Origin: Edaphobacter aggregans
GTDB taxonomy: Bacteria > Acidobacteriota > Terriglobia > Terriglobales > Acidobacteriaceae
Reading direction: 5' to 3'
Assembly (NCBI RefSeq): GCF_003945235.1
Contig: NZ_RSDW01000001.1
Location: forward strand, 6,120,257 to 6,152,256
Length of the DNA: 32,000 bases
Part shown: positions 7,871 to 14,764 of the stretch, in pieces
Numbering within the stretch: the stretch's first letter is position 1
How the letters are laid out: each line of letters begins with the position of its first letter
The notes under the pieces: model-generated
Databases searched by the model: none
Seen by the model: the letters and a program-made list of their open reading frames with translations, nothing else
What the model was told of the DNA's origin: nothing
Made by a program: the position numbers and the translations under genes

Positions 7871-8806
7871 ATGGAGGAAGTGATGGGCTTAGGTAGTGTG
7901 GTTCCGGTGATGTTGGGGGGGGGGTCGAGGAGCGGGCTCCTTGGTGAGGAGCAGCCGGTGTTTGCTGGAGAAATGGCAAACACGTCAGGCGGATCGTTTA
8001 CACCGTTTACTGGCGACGAGTCGCTTGATAGCGGCGCAGTTGAAAGCGAAGTTGCGACGGATCGGGATCTGTTGCTGATGGAGCATCTGCCGACGGTGCG
8101 GTATCTGGCGCGGAGGATCCATGAGAGGTTGCCGCAGCATGTTGACTTGGACGATTTGATCTCGGCTGGTGTGGTGGGACTGATTGATGCGTTCTCGAAG
8201 TTCGATCACAGCAAGAAGGTGCAGTTCAAGAGCTATGCGCAGTTCAGGATTCGCGGGGCGATTCTCGATTCTCTGCGGACGCTGGACTGGAGTCCCCGGG
8301 AGCTGCGTCGGAAGGGCAGGGCCGTTGAGGAGGCTATACGGTCGGTGACGCAGCGGGTTGGGCGGGCACCATCGGAGCTGGAGATCGCCGGTGAGATGAA
8401 GCTGAGTTTGACGGAGTATCAGCAGCTGCTTGGGGACCTGAAGGGGTTGGAGATTGGCAGTCTGCATATGGAGCGGTCTGAGGAGTCGGGCGATGAGGAA
8501 CTGGCTTATGTGCCGGGATCGCCTGAGGAAGATCCGTTGTTTCGCTGTTTGAAGGGCGAGATGAAGCAGCGGCTGGCGGACGCGATCGATGAGCTTCCGG
8601 AGAAGGAGCGCATGGTGCTGACGCTCTACTACTACGAAGAGCTGACGATGAAGGAGATCGGATTGACGCTGGGCGTCGTGGAGTCTCGGGTCTCGCAGAT
8701 TCATTCTTCGGCAGTGTTGCGATTGCGGACGGCGCTGGCTGATTTGCGTAAGGGTGGAGAGATCTCGAAGAAGGTGACGGGGAAGAAGAAGGTTATTGCT
8801 CGTTGA
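7871..8806 (+). CDS. fliA: flagellar sigma factor FliA (sigma-28, FliA/WhiG family)
   Basis: Region 2 reads LPTVRYLARRIHERLPQHVDLDDLISAGVVGLIDAFSKFD...FKSYAQFRIRGAILD. Region 4 reads LPEKERMVLTLYYYEELTMKEIGLTLGVVESRVSQIHSSAVLRLR. The start is uncertain: ATG 7871, ATG 7883 (GGAGG 5 nt upstream) or ATG 7973 are all in frame. Confidence 0.88.
   Translation: MEEVMGLGSVVPVMLGGGSRSGLLGEEQPVFAGEMANTSGGSFTPFTGDESLDSGAVESEVATDRDLLLMEHLPTVRYLARRIHERLPQHVDLDDLISAGVVGLIDAFSKFDHSKKVQFKSYAQFRIRGAILDSLRTLDWSPRELRRKGRAVEEAIRSVTQRVGRAPSELEIAGEMKLSLTEYQQLLGDLKGLEIGSLHMERSEESGDEELAYVPGSPEEDPLFRCLKGEMKQRLADAIDELPEKERMVLTLYYYEELTMKEIGLTLGVVESRVSQIHSSAVLRLRTALADLRKGGEISKKVTGKKKVIAR
7915..7924 (+). repeat. G10 homopolymer tract in the fliA 5' region
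   Basis: Read directly: ...gtgatgttGGGGGGGGGGtcgagg... It encodes LGGG if fliA starts at 7871 or 7883. It lies about 50 nt upstream of the start if fliA begins at 7973. Confidence 0.9.
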
Positions 8807-8838
8807 GTATGAACTAAGACGGTGAAGAAGGGTGATGG

Positions 8839-9852
8839 ATGGAAAAGAATCTTTTACAGGAAGATATTGATGCGTTATTTGCGGCGGCTGGTGCGAATGC
8901 TACAGCCAAGACAAACGACAATGGCGATGCCAAGCCCCCGGAAAAATACAGCTTCAGCAATGCGGGGCAGATCAGCAACGATCAGATGCGGGCGATCAGT
9001 ACGGTTAATGATTTGTTTGCTCGCAACCTGATGCACACGCTGGGTGCATGGCTTCGGATGCCACTGAAGGTGAAGTTGGTATCGGGTGAACAGCTTCCGT
9101 TCAACGAATTTCTGGAGCGGCTTTCCACCATGTCGTATATCTGTTCGGTGCGCCTGGAGCCGTTGGGAGCAGTAGGATTGCTGGAGTTGGATCTGGCCCT
9201 GGCTGCGCCTATCGTGGATGTGCTGTTGGGTGGAACCGGGCGCGCGGGACAGGTGCGCGAGCTGACGGATATCGAGGAAGCAATTCTTACGGCCGTGGTG
9301 CAGGTGGTCATGCAGGAGCTGAACCTGGCGTGGCAGCCAGTGGGATTGGTATTCGCCTTCGAGAAGCGTGAGACGGAGGCGCAGGCGGCACGGACGATGA
9401 CGCTGGGTGAGAAGACGTTGTGCGTGAGCTTCGAGGCGCGTATGCCCGAGGTGCAGGGAGTGTTGAATCTGTGTCTGCCTGCGGTGGTGTTGAATGCGAT
9501 TCTGCGCAGATTGATCGCGCAAGGAGATCAGCCGCGCAGGAGGTCGAAGGACGCGCAGGCGAAGATGCGAGAGTTGGTGGGCGAGGTGAAGGTTGGTGCC
9601 GTGTTGCAGTTTCCGCCGGTGCGTTTACGCGCGGCTGAGCTGTCATCGCTGGAACCGGGTGCAGTTCTGCGGCTGCCGTTGCCGCGATACCAGATGGCAG
9701 AGTTGCGTGTGGGTGGGTTGCAGTTTGGACGGGCTTATCCGGTGCGAACAGGAGAGCATCGCGGCGCTCAGATTGAAGGCGAGAACTGCGGATCTCTGAT
9801 GAAGCTGTCTTCTGGCAATGATGTTGCTGCCGCAACGACGAGTGTGAATTGA
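8839..9852 (+). CDS. fliM: flagellar motor switch protein FliM
   Basis: 337 aa. The N-terminus has a CheY-P-binding-type peptide (LLQEDIDALF, compare the LSQxEIDxLL consensus). A FliM middle domain and a C-terminal SpoA-like region follow (VGAVLQFPPVRLRAAELSSLEPGAVLRLPLP...ELRVGGLQFGRAYPV). Confidence 0.88.
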   Translation: MEKNLLQEDIDALFAAAGANATAKTNDNGDAKPPEKYSFSNAGQISNDQMRAISTVNDLFARNLMHTLGAWLRMPLKVKLVSGEQLPFNEFLERLSTMSYICSVRLEPLGAVGLLELDLALAAPIVDVLLGGTGRAGQVRELTDIEEAILTAVVQVVMQELNLAWQPVGLVFAFEKRETEAQAARTMTLGEKTLCVSFEARMPEVQGVLNLCLPAVVLNAILRRLIAQGDQPRRRSKDAQAKMRELVGEVKVGAVLQFPPVRLRAAELSSLEPGAVLRLPLPRYQMAELRVGGLQFGRAYPVRTGEHRGAQIEGENCGSLMKLSSGNDVAAATTSVN

Positions 9853-9865
9853 GAGGGAAGAAGAA

Positions 9866-10174
9866 ATGGAAAATGTTGCGGGTGCGGATGAGCCGGCTAT
9901 CACGGCGGCGGCGATCGGTTTGTTGTCGGACGTCGAGCTGGATGCGACGCTGCGATTTGGCTCGCGTGAGATGGCGTTGCGCGAGGTGCTGGAACTGGGG
10001 CCGGGAGCTGTTGTTGAGCTGGACCGGCATGTCACTGAGCCAGTGGATCTGGTTGTAGGAGATCGGATTGTGGCTCGAGGTGAAGTGGTGGTGGTGAATG
10101 GCAACTTTGCGTTGCGCATTACGGAAGTGGCGACGCCGCAACTGCGGCTGGAGAGCATACGATGCCTTTTCTAG
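9866..10174 (+). CDS. fliN: flagellar motor switch protein FliN
   Basis: 102 aa with a canonical FliN SpoA domain (DVELDATLRFGSREMALREVLELGPGAVVELDRHVTEPVDLVVGDRIVARGEVVVVNGNFALRITEV). GAGGGAAG lies upstream of the ATG. Confidence 0.9.
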   Translation: MENVAGADEPAITAAAIGLLSDVELDATLRFGSREMALREVLELGPGAVVELDRHVTEPVDLVVGDRIVARGEVVVVNGNFALRITEVATPQLRLESIRCLF

Positions 10175-11103
10175 AGAAGCATAAGAATGTTGAGGACACA
10201 GTGGTGTGGGGTGGGGGTACGTATGGTCAGGCGGGGCTTGGGCCAGGGTCGGTGGGAGTTGCGGAGCCGCGGCGGTTATGTGGGTATGCGGAGTGCTCGA
10301 GTACCTGGACGGTGCCTTGGCGGAGTCGGAAGAGGCCTGTGTTTGAGGGGCAGTGGGGTTGTGGGGGGCGGTGTGTGCTGGGGCTGGTTCGGGCGGCGGT
10401 TCAGCGGGAGTTGGGAGAGGGCTCGGTGGGGCCTCAGGCGCATCGGCATAGGGTTCCGCTTGGGCTGGTGATGCTGGCGCAGGGGTGGATTACGCATCCT
10501 CAGTTAAGGAAGGCGCTGGATGCGCAGAGGGAGAGTGGGTCGGGGCGGATCGGCGACTGGCTGGTGAGCGAGTGCGGACTTGAGGCAGAGCAGATTACGC
10601 GAGGCCTCAGTATGCAGTGGAGTTGTCCTGTGCTGCCGATGATGGGCTTCGCTCCGGAGGCAATGGCCCTGGTGATGCCGAGGGTGTTTGTGGAGGAGTT
10701 CGGACTGTTGCCGCTTCGAGTTGCCGGATCGCGGATTCTGTACCTGGCGTTTGAGGATCGGCTGGATGCCGCGGCCGCGTTGGCGATCGAGAGGATGTCA
10801 GAGTTGAAGGTGGAGAGTGGGTTGGTGGATGGGAAGGAGTTTGAGCCGGCGCGGAGACGACTGCTTGAATATGAGTCTGTGCCGGTGAAGGTTGAGGTTG
10901 CTGCGGACTCGGATGCCTTGTCGGCCCGGATTACGGCAATTCTTGAACAGAAGCAGCCTCTGGCTTCGCGGTTGGTTCGGCTGCATCAATATTACTGGCT
11001 GAGGGTCTGGCTGGAGCAGGATGCGATGAGTGTGGTTGGGAGTTTGCCGAAGAGCTCTGAAGATGTTGGCGACTTCGTCTTTACGGTTGGCGGGCTGGCT
11101 TAG
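10162..11103 (+). CDS. uncharacterised protein with tandem MshEN-like motifs plus a T2SS-E N-terminal-like domain, no ATPase domain; candidate c-di-GMP receptor coupled to the flagellar switch genes
   Basis: 313-aa ORF whose ATG overlaps the fliN 3' end by 13 nt. Residues ~99-152 read PLGLVMLAQGWITHPQLRKALDAQ-RESGSG-RIGDWLVSECGLEAEQITRGLSMQ. This is followed by LPLRVAGSRILYLAFEDRLDAAAALAIERMSELKV, which resembles the GspE/PilB N-terminal domain. The N-terminus carries a C-x4-C...C-x3-C cluster. No Walker A motif is present. The CDS itself is well supported. The function is inferred. Confidence 0.6.
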   Translation: MPFLEKHKNVEDTVVWGGGTYGQAGLGPGSVGVAEPRRLCGYAECSSTWTVPWRSRKRPVFEGQWGCGGRCVLGLVRAAVQRELGEGSVGPQAHRHRVPLGLVMLAQGWITHPQLRKALDAQRESGSGRIGDWLVSECGLEAEQITRGLSMQWSCPVLPMMGFAPEAMALVMPRVFVEEFGLLPLRVAGSRILYLAFEDRLDAAAALAIERMSELKVESGLVDGKEFEPARRRLLEYESVPVKVEVAADSDALSARITAILEQKQPLASRLVRLHQYYWLRVWLEQDAMSVVGSLPKSSEDVGDFVFTVGGLA

Positions 11104-11183
11104 GGTTTGCCAGCTACAGAGGCCTAACACCGATTTCACCGATCAAGGCCGGTGAACGCCAAGGGCATTGAAACATCGGCTTA

Positions 11184-11591
11184 TTACTGGGAGAAGGTGG
11201 GTGTGTCGGAGGGGTTGGCAGCTCGGAAGGCCGGGGAACTAGCGGTTGGTTGAGCGTCCTGGTGGGGGCCGAGGCCGAGTTTGATGATGGCGCGGGAGTC
11301 GGGCATCAGCTTGGTTTGCCAACCATTGTCAGACTGGAATTTTTGCATCGCGGCCTCGGTTTGGGAGTCCCAATGACCGCTAGCTTGGCCGGAAAGGTAG
11401 CCGGATTTGATGAGGGCTGTCTGAATTTCAGTGGCGCGGTTATCGTCGATTGCGCGCTGGCCGGTGTGCTTAGGGGCTGGCTTAGTGTGCTTGGGAGAGG
11501 TCGGACCACGACGGGCGTGGGAAAACGCGACGCAGGGAATCGCAGTTGCAACGAGCAGCGCAGAGCTTAGGAGGAGTCTGACAGATTTCAT
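11184..11591 (-). CDS. secreted peptidoglycan-binding-domain protein
   Basis: 135 aa. Signal peptide (MKSVRLLLSSALLVATAIPCVAFS). PG_binding_1-like pattern (ATEIQTALIKSGYLSGQASGHWDSQTEAAMQKFQSDNGWQTKLMPDSRAIIKLGL). Confidence 0.72.
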   Translation of the reverse strand: MKSVRLLLSSALLVATAIPCVAFSHARRGPTSPKHTKPAPKHTGQRAIDDNRATEIQTALIKSGYLSGQASGHWDSQTEAAMQKFQSDNGWQTKLMPDSRAIIKLGLGPHQDAQPTASSPAFRAANPSDTPTFSQ

Positions 11592-11951
11592 AGAAAATTC
11601 AGCGCCTCGAGTTGCAGTATCGAACAGAACATGTACCGTCCCTGCTGAACTCGTGGTTAGGGTATCCCGAGAGTTACCAGTATGGCAACAACAAAGATTG
11701 GACGTACTGGTACGGCTTTTGGGTGAGTCTTGCTTACTTTTATTCTACCTGTTGGGTAGGCCAAAGCATTGATCGGGGCGGTGTTATTGGCGAGGATTTT
11801 ACTGTTGTTCACGTGGGTGCGGCATGTTCGATAAATAGCTTGCGAAAGAAGTCTAGGAGCTAAAGCCCTTATTATTAACGGCTTATTCCGCAGAGTTAAA
11901 GCCCAGCGCTCACCGTCCGCAGGACAGAGCCAAGCTACAGTAGATGTGCAA

Positions 11952-11978
11952 AGGGCGCGAAGGTGATCCGCGCCCCTT
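11952..11978 (-). terminator. putative intrinsic terminator downstream of degP
   Basis: On the minus strand: GGGGCGCG-GATCACCTT-CGCGCCC followed by TTTG. It begins ~20 nt after the degP stop. The T-tract is short. Confidence 0.45.
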
Positions 11979-11998
11979 GTGTTGTAAAGTGGTGGACG

Positions 11999-13657
11999 CT
12001 ACGGGAGAGTTCCGCCTACGTAGGAGTTGCCACTGTTTTTCTGCTGGGGATAGTGGACGACGAAGACGACGTCGTCTTTGGATTTAAGGGCGGAGACGAT
12101 AGCCTTGTAATCGGCCTCGTTGGTTACGGGCTTTTTGTTGATTTCAGTGATGATAGCGCCCTTGACGAGGTTGATCTCGTCGGCAAAGGAGCCAGGCCGA
12201 ACGGTGGTGACCAGGACACCGCCCTTGGTGCCGGTTTTGGTAGCAATCTGGGGCGGGACGGCCGAGACGGTGATGCCGAGTTTGTTCTGGCCGGCGTCTT
12301 CCTCTTGCGGTGCGGCGTTGTCGTCGTTGTCTCCAGCGAGATCGGAGTAAGTCTTGGCTCGGTCGCCGATCGCGACGTTAGCTGTTTCCTGTTTGCCGTT
12401 GCGGAGGTAGCCGAGTTTGACCATGGTGCCAACGTGACGGGCGGAGATGTCGGCTACGAGGTCGTCGCCATCTTTAATATTGCGGCCGTCAATCGAGACA
12501 ATGACGTCACCAGGTTGAAGGCCAGCTTTAGCAGCGCCGCCGTTAGGAGTGACGGTGGAGACCATGACTCCGTTGGTGAAGCCGTACATACGGCCGACCG
12601 CGGAGCTGAGGGCAGGCTGGAAGCTGATGCCGATGGAGCCGCGAACGACCTTGTGCTCGGGCCCGATGAGCATGTTGTAAACAGAGGCGATGGTGTTGGC
12701 CGGCATGGCGAAGCCGACACCCTGCGAGCCCATGGACTGGGTGTAGATGGCGGTGTTCATGCCGACGACGTTACCGGCCATATCCACGAGCGGCCCGCCG
12801 GAGTTGCCGGGGTTGATGGCGGCGTCGGTCTGGATGAAGCGCTGGAACTGGCTCTGCGAGACGCCGTTGGGGCCGGGTTCATCGATGGAGCGGTTTTTGG
12901 CGGAGATGATGCCGGCGGTGACGGTCTTGGAGAGGGCGAAGGGGCTGCCGATGGCGAGGACCCAGTCACCGACCTGTGCGCTGTCGGAGTTGCCGAGCTT
13001 GACGGTGGGCAGGGGTTCCTTGGAGTCGATCTTGATGACGGCGATATCGGTGTCTTTGTCGACGCCGACTACGTGGGCCGGACGGCCTTCTTCGCCTGGC
13101 GCGCCACCGTCAGGATCGGTGGAGAGGCGGACGAAGATCTTGTCGGCCTTATCGACGACGTGATTGTTGGTGATGATGTAGCCGCGCGAGTCAACGATGA
13201 AGCCGGAGCCGAGGGCTTTGCGCTCGCCCCCGAAGCCGCCGTCGTCGTCACCGTCGCCACCCTGGCCGCCGAAGAAGCGATTGAAAAAGTCCTGCATGTC
13301 GCCGGGCTGCTGCTGGTCGTCATCGTTCCCGCCCTGCGGAGCGCGCTGACCGCGATGGTTTTTCTTGACGGCGGACTGCTTGGGCAGGGAGTCGGTGGTG
13401 ATGTTGACCACGGCGGGACCGACCTGTTTGACGATCTGCGAAAAACCATTCGAAAGAGTGACGGGCGAAGGGATAACGAGAGGCTTTGCGTCGGATGAGT
13501 CGACTGTGGCCTGTTCCTTGCCGCTGACGCCGTGGGTGAGAACGGAGCCGACGAGTATGCCGACAGAGAGCGTCGCGAGCAAGGTGAAGGTGGTAGCAAG
13601 GCGGCGGCCGCGGATGCGATCCAGCAGGCTCGGAGAAGTGCGTATCGGTGTATCCAT
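11999..13657 (-). CDS. degP: periplasmic serine endoprotease, DegP/HtrA (Do) family, two PDZ domains
   Basis: 552 aa with an N-terminal TM/signal anchor. The trypsin-like triad context is present (GSGFIVDSRGYIITNNHVV; DIAVIKI; TDAAINPGNSGGPLV). Two PDZ-like segments follow (AAKAGLQPGDVIVSIDG; SFADEINLVKGAIITEINKKPV). Confidence 0.93.
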   Translation of the reverse strand: MDTPIRTSPSLLDRIRGRRLATTFTLLATLSVGILVGSVLTHGVSGKEQATVDSSDAKPLVIPSPVTLSNGFSQIVKQVGPAVVNITTDSLPKQSAVKKNHRGQRAPQGGNDDDQQQPGDMQDFFNRFFGGQGGDGDDDGGFGGERKALGSGFIVDSRGYIITNNHVVDKADKIFVRLSTDPDGGAPGEEGRPAHVVGVDKDTDIAVIKIDSKEPLPTVKLGNSDSAQVGDWVLAIGSPFALSKTVTAGIISAKNRSIDEPGPNGVSQSQFQRFIQTDAAINPGNSGGPLVDMAGNVVGMNTAIYTQSMGSQGVGFAMPANTIASVYNMLIGPEHKVVRGSIGISFQPALSSAVGRMYGFTNGVMVSTVTPNGGAAKAGLQPGDVIVSIDGRNIKDGDDLVADISARHVGTMVKLGYLRNGKQETANVAIGDRAKTYSDLAGDNDDNAAPQEEDAGQNKLGITVSAVPPQIATKTGTKGGVLVTTVRPGSFADEINLVKGAIITEINKKPVTNEADYKAIVSALKSKDDVVFVVHYPQQKNSGNSYVGGTLP

Positions 13658-13836
13658 TGGCGGGTTCTTACCTCATTCTTGCGTTACGGTGCGCCGGTGC
13701 CAGAAAGGCTCGGCGAAACCTTAAGTATAGTTGCATTTCAGTTTCCGCGGCTTTACTCGCCTGTACGTTCTGTATATAGAGAGGCGATTGACGCCTTTCG
13801 GTTGTTTAGACGCGAATCTCTGACAAAAGTGACAGA

Positions 13837-14763
13837 TCAGACGGGGTGGGTGGGGAGTTCCGATGGTGTTGCAGTGAGTTCGGTTATGGCGATTCCGGTG
13901 AGGATGAGAGCGGCTCCGATGAGAGCTCGTTGGCCTAGATGCTCGTGGAGGAAGAGGACGGAGGTCAGGGCAGCGAAGACGGGTTCGAGGGTGAGGAGTA
14001 GTGCCGTGTGGGTCGGCGGGAGGTGCTGCTGGGCCCAGCTTTGGATGGTGAAGGCGGCGGCGGTGGCTACGAGGCTGGTGATTCCGAGGGCGATCAGAAG
14101 GCGGAGCGTGATGGTGAGGTGAGGCTTGCCTCCGAGGGGGAGGGTGACGGCCATGATGACGGCGGCGGTGCCGATCTGGAGTGTGGCCAGTTGAGCGGTG
14201 GGAACTTTGTGCGAGGTGTGGGCAAGAGAGAGAAGGTGTCCGGCGAAGGCTATGGCGCAGACGAGGGTGAGGATGTCGCCGATGCCTATGCTGGAGAAGA
14301 GATTTTGCCATGTGGTCCCGGCTGGAGTGGTGAGGAACAGGAGGCCAGAGAAGGCCAGGAGCGCTCCGATGGCGGTGGTCCATCGGGGGGCGTGGGCGTT
14401 GGCGGGGCGCAGGATGGGGACGATGGTGAACAAGGGGACGAAGACGACGACCAGGCCGGTGATGAAAGCGGATTTGGCGGCGGTGGTGCGGGCGAGGCCA
14501 GCGGTTTGAAATTGGTATCCGGCGGCGAGGAAGAGGCCGACGATCAGCCCCGAGATGAGGGATGTGCGGTTAATGTTTCGCAGGTGGCGGTGATTGATGA
14601 TGACCAGCGCGATGGTGGCGAGGGTCATGCGGAGGAGATTGAAGAGGAGCGGGGAGGCGTCGTTGAGAGCGTCCTTGACGAGGACGAAGGTGACTCCCCA
14701 GACGGCGACGACTCCCAGGAGGAGGATGTGTGCGAGGGTAGATGGGCTTAGGCTGCGCGGCAA
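13837..14763 (-). CDS. EamA/DMT-family transporter
   Basis: 308 aa with ~10 predicted TM helices and a duplicated EamA pattern (LLGVVAVWGVTFVLVKDAL ... ALLLTLEPVFAALTSVLFLHEHLG). An apparent TTG start lies 1 nt after the upstream amidohydrolase stop. Confidence 0.85.
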   Translation of the reverse strand: MPRSLSPSTLAHILLLGVVAVWGVTFVLVKDALNDASPLLFNLLRMTLATIALVIINHRHLRNINRTSLISGLIVGLFLAAGYQFQTAGLARTTAAKSAFITGLVVVFVPLFTIVPILRPANAHAPRWTTAIGALLAFSGLLFLTTPAGTTWQNLFSSIGIGDILTLVCAIAFAGHLLSLAHTSHKVPTAQLATLQIGTAAVIMAVTLPLGGKPHLTITLRLLIALGITSLVATAAAFTIQSWAQQHLPPTHTALLLTLEPVFAALTSVLFLHEHLGQRALIGAALILTGIAITELTATPSELPTHPV

Positions 14764-14764
14764 A

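Noticed and set aside
10233-10256. GGGGcttGGGccaGGGtcggtGGG quadruplex-type motif inside the MshEN-like gene.
   Set aside because: It lies inside a generally G-rich coding region encoding Gly-rich peptide. Such motifs are expected by composition in high-G+C genes, and nothing marks it as functional.
11135-11156. 7-bp hairpin TTCACCG-N8-CGGTGAA between the convergent MshEN-like and PG-binding genes, as a possible bidirectional terminator.
   Set aside because: The stem is short and has no flanking T- or A-tract on either strand, which is too weak to call.
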